Below, one piece after another: positions 53,247-64,000 of a DNA stretch of 64,000 nt (position 1 is the stretch's first letter; every line of letters starts with the position of its first letter). Position numbers and translations under genes: made by a program. Source of the stretch: an uncultured Acidimicrobiia bacterium. GTDB taxonomy: Bacteria; Acidobacteriota; Terriglobia; Versatilivoradales; Versatilivoraceae. The stretch is from positions 544,001-608,000 of the forward strand of contig CAWBAT010000008.1 in assembly GCA_963786955.1 (NCBI GenBank), read 5' to 3'. The notes under the pieces were generated by a model, which did no database searches, was not told the origin of the DNA, and worked only from the letters and a program-made list of their open reading frames with translations.

Positions 53247-54647
53247 CTATGGAAGGTTCCAGCCTTGACGATATTGACGGCGAACATAAGCGTTCGCGTC
53301 TGTGTCATTGGTCACTTCCATCTTCTCTCCATCCCAAAGTAGTCTCCGGTCTGGAAAACGGACGGCCAAATTTCCCATGAGCACGGTTTCTGACAAGGGT
53401 CCGGAATAGTCGAAATTCGAGCAAGCCGGTTTGCCTCCTTTGCAGGCCCGGATCCAATCCTGTTCATGCCCCTTATCGCCTCCCGGAATCCGCTCCAGCA
53501 CTCTTGCTGGTTGTACGTACTCTCGCATCCTCGACTCTGGGATTAACGTAGGATTACGGCCGTAACACCCGCACATCAAAACCCCTTTATCGCCGAGAAA
53601 TAGCACTCCACCATCTTTGTCGCCCATGGGTTGGCCTTCTTCGAGAGTGTCAGGGCGGGGTGGCAGCAGCCCTCCATCCCACCAGGTCAATTTGACTTCC
53701 GGCATGTTTTCTCTCGCCGGAAATTTAAAACGAACGATTGTGGAGCGCGGATACGTTTCATTCTTCGGCTCAGTCTGCTTCCAGACTTCATGCCAATAAG
53801 TCGATATGCAACCCTCCACGCTGATCGGGTATTTCAATTTCAGCGCCCAGAATATCGGGTCGACCACGTGGCAACCCAAATCACCGAGTGACCCGGTTCC
53901 AAAGTCCCACCACGCCCGCCACCGACTCGGAAGATAAGTTGGATGATAAGGACGGTAGGGGGCAGGGCCAATCCACAAGTCCCAGTCCAGAGATGTGGGA
54001 ACGGCCGGGGTCTCTGTCGGTCTTTCCACTTCGATTCCTTGTGGCCAGACGGGCCGATTAGTCCAGGCATGTACTTCACGCACGGGACCGATGGCTCCGG
54101 CCCAAATCCATTCACAAATAAGACGAACGCCATCCCCGGAATGTCCCTGGTTGCCCATCTGAGTCACTACTTTGTGTTTGCGGGCCGTTTCGGTCAGCAA
54201 CCGGGCCTCGTACACCGAATGGGTCAACGGTTTCTGAACATACACGTGTTTCCCTCGCTCGATGGCGGCCAGAGCAATCACGGCGTGGGTGTGATCGGGA
54301 GTCGCGATAATCACCGCATCAATGTCCTTGTGCTGGTCCAACATGACGCGAAAATCCTTGTATTGCTTGGCCTGCGGATATTTGGCAAAAGTCTTGGCAG
54401 CATAATCGGAATCGACGTCACAAAGGGCGACGATGTTTTCTGTCGCACAAGCTTCCAGGTTGCTTTTTCCCATGCCACCCACGCCAATCCCGGCAATGTT
54501 GAGTTTTTCGTTAGCTGAGGTACTGCCACCCAGCAACTGCCTCGGCACAACAGACAGCCCCCCTGCGGCTACAGCAGCAAAGCCCAGGAAGGATCTTCGT
54601 GGAACCAACCGTTTTGTATTCTCTGTAGGTTTTTCGCAATTCTTCAT
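53247..54647 (-). CDS. Tat-exported Gfo/Idh/MocA oxidoreductase
   Basis: RRSFL signal, IGVGGMG, ATPDHTH, VQKPL, GDLGCH. Confidence 0.93.
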   Translation of the reverse strand: MKNCEKPTENTKRLVPRRSFLGFAAVAAGGLSVVPRQLLGGSTSANEKLNIAGIGVGGMGKSNLEACATENIVALCDVDSDYAAKTFAKYPQAKQYKDFRVMLDQHKDIDAVIIATPDHTHAVIALAAIERGKHVYVQKPLTHSVYEARLLTETARKHKVVTQMGNQGHSGDGVRLICEWIWAGAIGPVREVHAWTNRPVWPQGIEVERPTETPAVPTSLDWDLWIGPAPYRPYHPTYLPSRWRAWWDFGTGSLGDLGCHVVDPIFWALKLKYPISVEGCISTYWHEVWKQTEPKNETYPRSTIVRFKFPARENMPEVKLTWWDGGLLPPRPDTLEEGQPMGDKDGGVLFLGDKGVLMCGCYGRNPTLIPESRMREYVQPARVLERIPGGDKGHEQDWIRACKGGKPACSNFDYSGPLSETVLMGNLAVRFPDRRLLWDGEKMEVTNDTDANAYVRRQYRQGWNLP

Positions 54648-55265
54648 GAATGGGAATCTCCTAATTTATTGCGTTTGTATTCGATGAGGTCTTATTGAAG
54701 GACAAGGTAGGAACTTAACCCTCGAGGGTGCTTCCGTCACAGGGCCTCTACTCTTTGGCTTTCATCATAATTTTGCAGGTTTCTGCTTCGATTGCAAGGA
54801 TCAGTTTTTGAGATACTTTCGGTCCACATTTCCTGTCCTGGCTTCTGTAAAACCCATCTTTGTAGGCAGTGTGTTTTTATTCTGGCCAAAACATAGATTG
54901 CGCTGCAGACATGAGGGTATGAGCATTTGCCAATGTCGCTCGGACAAAAGGGCTGTAAACCACCAGGCTTGCTTTGTCACCCTTTCCGAAAAAAAGACTT
55001 TTTGTCCATCGCAGCGCGTAATCCCGCCTAAGTAAGAATGGCCTAATTCATTCTAAGTCATATATTTTAAGTAACTTAAAAAGAAAATACCCCCTTGGGG
55101 CATTACGTGCAAATAAGAGAAGAGAAGTTCAGTGCAAGGGTTCTGATAGGTGGAGAAATTTTCGGATGAATAGCCCGTAAAGTTGTCACAACATGAAAGG
55201 TATTTGAAGATCTTTCGAGAGCAGAATTTCGCTTAACTTTCGTTTTGAAATGATCTGCGAGGAGG

Positions 55266-57391
55266 ATGAGATTGGGAGCCACCAACAAAAAGGACATAGA
55301 TATTGCCGAGCAAGCTGCATCTGCTGCCGAGACCCATACGGCACGACATGCTTTTAAGGTCATATATGGGCCCGGCGAATTATCAATGGGTTCGGATGCT
55401 AATTTGAGGATCAGCGAGAGGAAGCGGATTAACCTTTCGGAGATCGGGATTGGGCCGGAAAAGCCAAACCTTGTGGATCTCGATTTTGTAGGGCAAGGCA
55501 TGGAAAGCCTACCTCATCAACCTAGGGACGCAACAAGAGCTTCTTCTACCACGTTTGACACCGAAGTACTTTCTTCGAGTCCGGGTTACTCCTTGTTAGA
55601 AGCCGATTTACGGCGAGCAGTTGAACGTCAAGAATTACTTGTCTACTACCAGCCTATTGTCATGCTGGATACGGGCCAGATTACAGGTTTTGAAGCTCTT
55701 GTCCGCTGGCAGCACCCTACTCAAGGACTTCTTTCTCCCGCCGAATTCATTCACGTGGCAGAAAAAACAGGATTAATCGTTTCGATTGGAGCTTGGGTAT
55801 TACGTGAAGCCTGTTGCCAGATGCGGTTGTGGCACCAAAAATTTGTGAAGAAACCTCCATTACTATTGTGCGTGAACTATTCAAGCAAGCTTTTTCAGCA
55901 GCCGGATCTTGTCGAGCAAGTCTGCCAGATTTTAAATGAAACTGGATTGAAACCGCAGACCTTGAAATTAGAGATCACAGAAACGATGGTGATGGAAAAT
56001 CCAGAACTGGTAAGAACGAAGCTTCTTCAGTTCCGGGCCCTCAATGTTCAATTGGGAATTGACGATTTTGGCACGGGTTACTCTTCCTTGAGCTATTTGC
56101 AAAAGTTTCCAGTTCATACCTTGAAGATTGACCGCTCGTTCATTGGGAGACTGGAGAATGACAAGGAGAATTTGGAAATTGTCCGGGCAATTGTCACTTT
56201 AGCTCACAACCTGGGGCTAGACGTGGTTGCCGAAGGAGTGGAAACAGAAGCGCAGCTCACTATACTGAAGATGCTCAACTGCGAATTTGGGCAGGGCTAC
56301 TTATTCGCCAGACCTGTCGATGCGAAACAAGCCGAAGATCTGCTCATGTCAGATCACTCAGAATGGATTGATATCCCCCGCAGAGAAGTGAATCCCGCAC
56401 AGCCTGCTAGAAAGGGCGAGTCGGATAATAGCTTCTTGGCATCCCCCTTCAATCCTTCGATGGCCATAAAAGAGGAAACCGTCGCGGGCCCGACCTTTCA
56501 AGCTGCTTTTCAAACACAGCCCAGACCAAGGATTTCGAATCATAAAGGCACTTTCGTGGGAGTCTTATCGAAGCCATATTTGCAGGCTGCGGGGCTCGTG
56601 CTTGCCGGGTTATTGGGGATCTACTTGCTTTCCGGGCATCGAAACAAGACGGACAAACCATCACCGGTCCAAGCGAGTTCAGAGAAGGCTTTACCACCCT
56701 TAGAGAAGTTCGTTCAGAAAAAGGCTCCACCACCGATAGAACAGGTCGTTCAGAAAAACGCCAACTCCTTCTCAATACGCGAAGTAAAATCCGCGATGGC
56801 GTCGGGCAAATATGTTATGCCTCCTCTTGCCAATGCCGTTTACTTTTGCAACCGGCTACTGGCGGCGGATCCGAATGACCTTGAGGTCCAGAAACTCAAA
56901 GACGAAAGCGCCCGAAAGGCTATGGCTCAGGCCAGGCAATGTGCGCATTCTGGGAAGTCGGATGAAGCTCGTGAGCTCTATCGTTCGCTATTGAAACTGT
57001 CGCAAGATGGAAGTCGATTCCCCTATAGCCCGCAAGAAATGAAAAAGAGCTCCAGAAAAATGAAATGAAGACGTATTCCGTTGTTCATGATCATTTTGTT
57101 GGAGGTTGCCAAGGCAAACTAGAGTTCAACTCTTACGTCATCTCTTACGTTCCATTTCAGAATTCTAAAGACGGATTCAGTGAAAAGATCGGTCAGGTGT
57201 CGATCTTAGCAGACGGAGGAGCGTTAAAAATCAAGCTCCCTAATAAGACGTATCGGTTCAAAGTAAACTCAAGTAAGAGCAAGGACGAACAAAAATCTCA
57301 AACGGATGCGTTGTATTTGGAGCTCAGTGACCGGGTTGAAGATAACCGTACTGCGGAAAACAACCAAAGTGGCCAGCTCCGTCATCCGTGA
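55266..57391 (+). CDS. EAL phosphodiesterase with TM helix and extracytoplasmic C-terminal domains, split by an indel near 57045
   Basis: FEALVRW, DDFGTGYSSL, KIDRSF, AEGVE, QGY; TM AAGLVLAGLLGIYLL; adding one A joins it to 57065..57391. Confidence 0.82.
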
Positions 57392-57395
57392 CACT

Positions 57396-57617
57396 TCATT
57401 TTTCTTTCCCGTATTTGGGCCGCGAGTAACGCGCCCCATGCATCTGCATCATCCCTTTAACAGTATTCGTCACAATTTCGCTCATTGAGAGACCTTGTAA
57501 AGCTGCAAAGGCCTTGAACCGACGGTGCAACGGTTCGTCCAAGAATACTTGTAGAATCTTCTTTCCCGGGGGAACCCGAGGGGCGCGGTCTCGCTGGGTG
57601 GTTTTTCGGGGTGGCAT
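57396..57617 (-). CDS. Small ribbon-helix-helix DNA-binding protein
   Basis: AGGAG RBS; LQVFLDEPLHRRFKAFAALQGLSMSEIV fits the RHH/ParG pattern. Confidence 0.7.
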   Translation of the reverse strand: MPPRKTTQRDRAPRVPPGKKILQVFLDEPLHRRFKAFAALQGLSMSEIVTNTVKGMMQMHGARYSRPKYGKEK

Positions 57618-57891
57618 TCGAATTTCTCCTTACATACACTGTACCATATAACTCACTGTCCACAGTTAACCCTGGGTCAATTCGTTGAAGTCGCACCTGG
57701 TTTGTGAGAGGGGAAACAAGGAGCATCAGAAGGCGTCGGGTATCGTAGAACCAGTGACCCGCAGGGACACTGGGGCCTCAAACATCCGCATTAATTGTTG
57801 TCTGCTTTATTTCTGCGCCCCCAATAGACACCCCCTTGACAAGGGGGACTTGAGAGGGGTCCGAGCCGGACTTATAGCATTCTTCAGTGCG

Positions 57892-58000
57892 CTAGTACTC
57901 ACTTGCAGAAGTCCGTGTTGTCGCTAGCCCCGCTGTTTAGGCCCGGGGTCAACGACCCCGGCTACAACAATTACCGCGAATTTGTGCAACTTAGTACTAG
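57892..58000. mobile_element. About 110-bp MITE-like element with 23-bp imperfect TIRs carrying a GTAG REP
   Basis: CTAGTACTCACTTGCAGAAGTCC ... GAATTTGTGCAACTTAGTACTAG; the same TIR occurs at 46418-46440. Confidence 0.75.
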
Positions 58001-58314
58001 TCCGAGAATTGCCCAAATGAAAAGACCAAGGGTACGTAATTGAATTGAATTCCCCCGCGTTCATCTGTTTCTAACAGATCAGTCATGTGGGCGTTCCAAC
58101 GAGCCACGACGGGATGTTCTCCGACGCGAGCCCAGCTCTCTTTCGAAGGAACCCAGACATGAATCATGAGTTGGTCCTCATGACGAAAGATCACCATGTT
58201 CACATGGTGATCTCTCAAAGCATCGTGCATTTCTGGCCAGAGATTGTCATGACGCTTCTGATACTCTTCACTGCAACCAGGTCTTAACTTCATTAAAAAT
58301 CCGATAGATTGCAT
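57997..58314 (-). CDS. L-rhamnose mutarotase family protein
   Basis: FLMKLRPG..EEYQKRHDNLWPEM, VVARWNAHM. Confidence 0.85.
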   Translation of the reverse strand: MQSIGFLMKLRPGCSEEYQKRHDNLWPEMHDALRDHHVNMVIFRHEDQLMIHVWVPSKESWARVGEHPVVARWNAHMTDLLETDERGGIQFNYVPLVFSFGQFSD

Positions 58315-58430
58315 AAAGACTCTCCAGGCAACTATGAGTTGTCATGTTTACGGGCAAAGACGCCTCCCCACCCGTGGTATGACTCAACACTAATCCTTCT
58401 CTCTCCCTCACCACATATAGAGAAGGAATC

Positions 58431-59507
58431 TCAAAGAATTTTTCTGAGTTGCTGCAAGAAATAGCAGTAATTCTTGAATGAAATGTCAGGAGGCGCGCTA
58501 TGATCGAGCATCGGGATGTAACCCCCATCGCGTGTAAGCGTCTCGATTCGAGCTAGCTCCCGGTCAATTGCGGCGAAGCCATCGACAAGTGTCCGCTTAT
58601 CGATTCCGCCCCAAATGCGCAGGTTTCGCCCGTACTTCTTGCGTATGGCCGAAACATCCATTCCGGACTGCACTTCGAAGGGGTAAAGGATGTCTATTCC
58701 CGCATCCATCCAGACTGGAATGAGCGAGTCAATGTTTCCGTCACTGTCGAGTCCGAAGAAACGGACCCCTCGACTACGACCGAAATCCACCACTTTCCGG
58801 TATCGGGGGAGCATGAATTTTCGAACATGTTGCGGAGAAATGAGAGGAGCTGTTTTGTACGCCATGTCCTCCCAGAACCCAAAGAAGTCAATATCCGTTT
58901 CCTCGAGTATTTGGGCCAGCATGGAGATCAAGAATTCGGCGTCCGCCTCCATCATCTCTTCCACAAATGCAGGGTCATCATAGAACATGACGCACAATCG
59001 TTCCACACCGACAAGATTCCTCAGGCTGCCAAAATAGCCTCCCCATCGGTCTGCGATGACCAACAACGGGTAGTCACGGTTTTTATGACGACGGAGCTTC
59101 TCCCTCCAGTCAGGTCCAATGCGTTCCGTGAGGTCAGGCCGCATCCGCTCCTTCCAGAACCTCCGGAAATCTTCACGCGTCTCGACCGGAAAACGGATGA
59201 ATTGCGGCATTGAACTCAATGGATTGATCTTGAACTCCTTTACGATAATCCCTTGCGAGTCGACGTAGGTCACCGTTTTCTCATCCTCGGAAATGACTTC
59301 CCGCTCAAAAGAAGGCGTGGGATAAAACCAAGAGTATTCTACAGCCCAGCGGTCACAACCGAAGCTAGACTGCTGGGGATCATATCCTGCTTCTTTGGCC
59401 CAGAGCTCTGCAGTCTCAGGCCAGGTGGGCCACATGAACTCATGAAACGGGGCCCTGTCGGGATTCCCATAATTCATGCTCTCAATAAAGCGCTGCTGAT
59501 CGTTCAT
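58431..59507 (-). CDS. Uroporphyrinogen decarboxylase (URO-D/MtaA-CmuA) family protein
   Basis: FWEDMAYK, DSDGN, WGGIDK, GGYIPMLDHS. Confidence 0.88.
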   Translation of the reverse strand: MNDQQRFIESMNYGNPDRAPFHEFMWPTWPETAELWAKEAGYDPQQSSFGCDRWAVEYSWFYPTPSFEREVISEDEKTVTYVDSQGIIVKEFKINPLSSMPQFIRFPVETREDFRRFWKERMRPDLTERIGPDWREKLRRHKNRDYPLLVIADRWGGYFGSLRNLVGVERLCVMFYDDPAFVEEMMEADAEFLISMLAQILEETDIDFFGFWEDMAYKTAPLISPQHVRKFMLPRYRKVVDFGRSRGVRFFGLDSDGNIDSLIPVWMDAGIDILYPFEVQSGMDVSAIRKKYGRNLRIWGGIDKRTLVDGFAAIDRELARIETLTRDGGYIPMLDHSAPPDISFKNYCYFLQQLRKIL

Positions 59508-59672
59508 AGGATATGGGCTAAAAGAAAGGCAGAATGGATGGTCTTACAACATGGCAGGTTCTCTCTGCGGTAGACTGCTGGTTGTTCTGAAGGGTGAAGA
59601 GACAGTATCATGAAGCAATCCTAGCGCTTCCCATTCACATTGCCAAGCATTGCGTAGAGGACAGTGGTTCAA

Positions 59673-60839
59673 TCACCGGCGCCCATCAGCAGATACTGGC
59701 AGGAGCGAGACTTCATAGACCCGCAGAATCCCGGCAATCTTATTGTCAAAGCGCAGGGAAGGCTTCCGCCGAAGCTGGATATCCAATGCCTGGGTTCCGT
59801 CCGGTACATTAAATTCAATACTCACCCAAGAACGAGGAACGCTTCCTTCGATACTCGGCGTCTCGACGACCAGGTGGCTCTAAATGTCGACACCAATGAT
59901 GCGCCAGAAAGGTCTTTCGTCTGTGGTGATGCCCTCAGCCTCGATTTCCCCGGAAAAGCGATACCGACCCGGGGTCACCACAGTGAACTGACGCAGATGG
60001 GCAAATTCCACATTGTCCTCGCCCAGGAAGCGGACCTCTAAACCGTTCTTGCGCTCAACTTCGACCGAGGGCACAGCGCCGAGTCTCCAATCAAACGGGC
60101 TTGCTGTCGGAGCGGTAGCAAAGCGGCGGTTGGCAATCCTCTGCGGCCGCAGATAATCTTCTCGCTGCTCCCCAAGCCATTCGACCCACATTTCTTGCGC
60201 TGCTCGGTACGCATTGCGCTCCCAAAGCGTCTGCGCGAGCTCGACTGCTGACTTCTCGTCCGCCAGTCCATTGTCGTGCATCCAAGACCAAGTGGTGTCG
60301 AGATCGCTCTCGGACCCATGCGTGCGAATCCACACCAGCCAGGAACGTGCGCTCCGCGCTAATGCGGGAACAGCATTCCCCAGCAACTGGGAGATGGGCA
60401 CGCCAGAACGCGGAGAGATAAGAGAATAGAATCTCATCAAAACCGGAGGTCTGCGATAAGACATGCGCCGAGTCAACAAAGCCGCGGTCGCGCCGCCCAT
60501 GAGTGAAATCGAAATTGGCGGCCCTCATCCACACAGGAGTCATTTCCGGTCCCAATGTGATTGCGTGGTCAATGGCTGCGGCGGCTTGATCCGTCTCGCC
60601 ACGGAGACTTAAGACTTCCGCATACGTACACCAAGCCAAGGGGTTTGCGGGATCCGTCAGCACCAGAATTCGAATGTCATCAGCCGTGGCACTCGGGGCA
60701 TCCAGCCCTGCATAGATTTGATCATATCGGCAACCTCCATTGAGGCACAGCCTGGAGGCGGAGCGGACGGGGACAGGTCCTGAACAATTGAGAGAAGTGC
60801 AATCAGCAGCGAGGTCAGTGCAATCATCGCTTGGATCAT
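59673..60839 (-). CDS. Exopolysaccharide-associated TPR/carbohydrate-binding-like protein, multiply frameshifted
   Basis: Fragments DPANPLAWCTYAE.., SPFDWRL, VTPGRYRF, RFDNKIAG; ATGA overlap with the ligase gene. Confidence 0.6.
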
Positions 60840-62195
60840 GATCCACCTCGAACTGCCGGACTCACTGCCAGTCCCCCCAGCCACGCGAGTGCCAGGGCGT
60901 TGGCGGGTATGTAGAGATTGAAGTCTGCCAGGCTATGCAATCCTACGGCGATAAATACGCCCAGAAGTCCAACTGCAAGCTCCCAATTGGATCGACCCGC
61001 GTCTATACATCACGGCTGAGAAGGTGGACCAGAGTATCCAGCCGCCCACTGCTATCACCAGCAGGAATCCAGGGAATCCCAACTCGGCTAAAATCTGCAA
61101 GTAATCATTGTGAGCGAAATCCACGGTGTTTATCGGCGCTACGGTCTTGAATGCAAACAAACCGCGCTCGTACGCACCCAACCCGCAGCCAGTCAATGGA
61201 TAGGCGGCGATGAGCTTTACCGTATCCTTCCAGATCTGGACCCGCCCATCCGACGAGATATCTTCGGTCTGCGCCAACTCAGCGAATCGCTGAACCATTT
61301 CGCCAGGAGAGAGGAAACCCAAGAGCATCAATCCGCCTACTAAAACCCCCGCCGGCGCAACCCAACGCCAGCGGCGTGGCGGATTCGCCGCATCGGCCTG
61401 TTGAGTGAAGAGCCATGCCAACCCCATCGCTCCGAGACCCACAAGCGTGGAGAGGATTCCCATGCGCGAGAGCGAGGCGAGCATCCCCATCAACAGGAAT
61501 GCCACGACTGCCAGAAGTAAGGCTGTCTGCAACGTCGGCCGCCTGGGTTCTGCGAAGGGGATTCCCTCGCCGCCAACTGGCAATGGCCCAATAATAGTCA
61601 GAGGTAGAGCCATTTCTAGGAGGCCCGCAAAATGGTTGCGGTTAACATACGTCCCGGTTGCCATGGGTGTGCCGTTCCCTCCATTCGCAGCAGAAAATAT
61701 TGGAGAATACCCAAAAGGCTCTCAAGCGAAGCGATGACGACTAGGGGAGCCACAAGCCACCAGGCACGGCGGTTTAGCCGGCGCCCCAACTCGTAGGTTG
61801 CGACAAAAGCAAGCCATCGCAGGGGCTACATTGAGCAGACGTTGCATGGTTGCCGCTGGGGCGACGGATAAAGCCAACCAGGAACCGGCGCTGCCTGCTG
61901 CAGCCATTCGCGCCGCAAGGGCGGCAGCCCAGCGGCTTGGCGATATATAGGCAATGACCACAGGCGGGAGCGGGATCAACTGCATCACCATCCACCCCAG
62001 TAATAGACCCATCAACGCGAAGCCCCAAGCTCCTTCGACCTCCCAAAAGCTTGGGTTTCGCGAGACGAGCAGACATGCGGTGATGGAGATCCCGAGAGCG
62101 CTCCACTCCCACTGAGCCGGATAAACACCACCTTTCAGCACAACGGCGGCCGCCAGCGACGCGGTCATCAGGGAGAAAGCGACCCAACGAACCAT
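60836..62195 (-). CDS. O-antigen ligase (Wzy_C) family protein, frameshifted
   Basis: GTYVNRNHFAGLLEM, SLSRMG, GCGLGAY, AHNDYLQILAELG, DFNLYIPAN. Confidence 0.85.
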
Positions 62196-62310
62196 TAGAT
62201 TTGGGATTCCTCGTAGGCAAGTAAATCGGGGATTTTTATCTGGCGGCTAAAAAGCAAACACCCTCGCCACGCCGTGGTGGAAAGGGTCACGCTTTGCAAA
62301 GTCGAAAGCC

Positions 62311-62845
62311 TTATTGGCTCGGACTCACTGAAGCGCCGCCTCCAGTTGCTATAGCGACGCCGACTCCGAGGCCCGCTCGCAGCACCTACTCCAAGCAACA
62401 CCGCTGCCTTGTGGCCCACCGTCCAGAATCCGGCCATGGAGGGTTGTTTCCTCCCAGCTCCAATAAACCCGTCAACTCAGAAGGCGTAATCGCCTTCGTG
62501 GCAGCCATGAGCTTGACGGCCGTGAGCGTTTTCAGAGAGTAGCTTGCCGACCCGCTCGTTAACTGAAAAACGGGCGTCTTGCCAGACAGATCAAGCTTCG
62601 CGGAAGATCCCGGACTTAGAAGGAAGGTTGATCTGTCGAGGAAAGTGACTGTTACCGGCGTGGGTCCGGCTTTGATGGTATCGCCTGCCAGACCCGGCCA
62701 GGAAGACACTCCATGACCCGGGGTGACATGCGCTCCGCGCAGTTCAAACGGGACCGCCGGATGTCACGGTAGCCACCGGAGCCTGGGCCCACACGGGGGT
62801 GACCAAGATGATACTAAAGATAAGGGCTTTCAATATTTTAGGCAC
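62311..62845 (-). CDS. Small exported FecR-like protein with C-terminal hydrophobic tail, frameshifted
   Basis: Signal PKILKALIFSIILVTPVWA, AGDTIKAG..TFLDRS, tail GVGVAIATGGGASVSPSQ*. Confidence 0.55.
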
Positions 62846-62983
62846 ACATCCCTCGATTCAAAAAAAAATATCATGAAACCAACCTAAATACAACCCATGA
62901 GGATCCTTAAGTACACAGATCAAATGATGAAATCACGTTCCCAGCTAACGCTTCGAAAAGGGTGTTACAGGAGACGAGTCGAC

Positions 62984-64000
62984 CTAATTCTTAAACTTCA
63001 GCAGCAACTCTCCATGTGCATTAGTAAGCTGAACCCCGGAGGGGTCACGAGTGGCAGTGAAGTTTACAAAAGTCAGTTTGACCTTCGCCGCATCAGACTC
63101 TCCTTCAACACTCAAGAGATCCTCTGAAAGGATCGTGTGTGAGCCCTCTCCAGGCTGTTGCTGAATCCTGTCAAAGAATGGCTTTAAGTCAATGATGACG
63201 AGGTTTGTCATTCCTTCACGGAACTCAAACGTCTGCCCGTCTGTCCCGCAATACAATTCGAAATGCCGCGACCCTATATTGGCTGTTTGAGAGTACGGGC
63301 TCGCACCTGACCTGTATAGGTTGAAGGTTAAGAGATAGTCATATCCGGCAACCGCTTGAGCATCCTGCCATTGCCTCTTTGAGCTTACAGAGAAAACTCT
63401 AGGATTCGCTCGAGAGTCCCAGTTATTGACATAAGTCACGCCCATGAGTTCGGTAACTTTTGCAGCCAGGTCAACCGAAGATCGCCAGGAGAACACGCTT
63501 TCCACTCTTGGATGCACGCTTTTACCCCGCAAATTCTTCAGGTCCTGCGCAAACCACGGTTGCAGACTTGCTGTTCCGTGCATCTCGAAGAGATAGGCGA
63601 CTATGGCGCTAATTTCCTTACGGTCCTTGAAATCGGGAGGCGTGCCAGTCTTGTGAATTTGCCCGTCCTTCATGATCCCGACTCGATTTAAGATCATCCG
63701 CAGCCGGCCAAGTTGGTTTTGACGACAAATGGAATACGGTCCCCAGCCGCCACCCAGCGTCAGCACAGCAACAAGGGCGAGCGAGAACGGAATGACCTTG
63801 ATACTGGGCTGGCGGCGAAACGTGAAATAACCCGCAATGCCGGACATCCAAAGTGATAATACGATGAGAAAATACCTGTCCTCGGTCAAGCCATACTCTG
63901 AAACGCGCCGCCAGATGGCCATCAACAGCAAGATAATCAATGGAAATAGCCCCGCGTAAAACGAGCGCGAGTAAAGCCGAATCCAGCGATGCCCCGGCTG
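62984..64000 (-). CDS. DUF4153-like membrane protein, C-terminal part (5' end beyond the window)
   Basis: AIWRRVSEYGLTEDRY, GWGPYSICRQNQLGRL, ISAIVAYL. Confidence 0.75.
   Translation of the reverse strand, partial: QPGHRWIRLYSRSFYAGLFPLIILLLMAIWRRVSEYGLTEDRYFLIVLSLWMSGIAGYFTFRRQPSIKVIPFSLALVAVLTLGGGWGPYSICRQNQLGRLRMILNRVGIMKDGQIHKTGTPPDFKDRKEISAIVAYLFEMHGTASLQPWFAQDLKNLRGKSVHPRVESVFSWRSSVDLAAKVTELMGVTYVNNWDSRANPRVFSVSSKRQWQDAQAVAGYDYLLTFNLYRSGASPYSQTANIGSRHFELYCGTDGQTFEFREGMTNLVIIDLKPFFDRIQQQPGEGSHTILSEDLLSVEGESDAAKVKLTFVNFTATRDPSGVQLTNAHGELLLKFKN

Noticed and set aside
59673-62845. Decayed exopolysaccharide locus
   Set aside because: Gene boundaries and motifs are intact once single indels are corrected; likely an assembly artefact

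Overview
64-kb bacterial window, probably Acidobacteriota-like judging by the Oar-type TonB-dependent receptor, SYLF protein and Tat-exported enzymes. It shows many single-base homopolymer indels typical of a long-read assembly. 1-15.9 kb is carbohydrate/ketol catabolic cargo (glycosidase-like proteins, MFS, ROK regulator, SDR, enolase-superfamily enzyme, E2-E1a-E1b dehydrogenase) ending at a displaced 3' half of tRNA-Met with integrase arm-like repeats, i.e. a probable genomic-island right boundary. 19.6-28 kb holds GH38 and GH92 mannosidases and an RhaT-type transporter. The most notable locus (31.3-37.8 kb) is an ECF sigma factor, a membrane zinc-finger/TPR anti-sigma factor and an apparently exported TPR-CHAT (caspase-like) protease, divergent from a secreted protein. 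An exact TGTCACA-N17-ACTTAA motif occurs three times there and is the likely cognate promoter. Intergenic spaces are filled with several REP/REPIN families and short CTAG-bounded MITE-like shells carrying REPs. The remainder encodes secreted proteins, an M11-like peptidase, an EAL membrane protein and a frameshifted O-antigen-ligase cluster. All calls come from motif recognition by eye; no searches were run.
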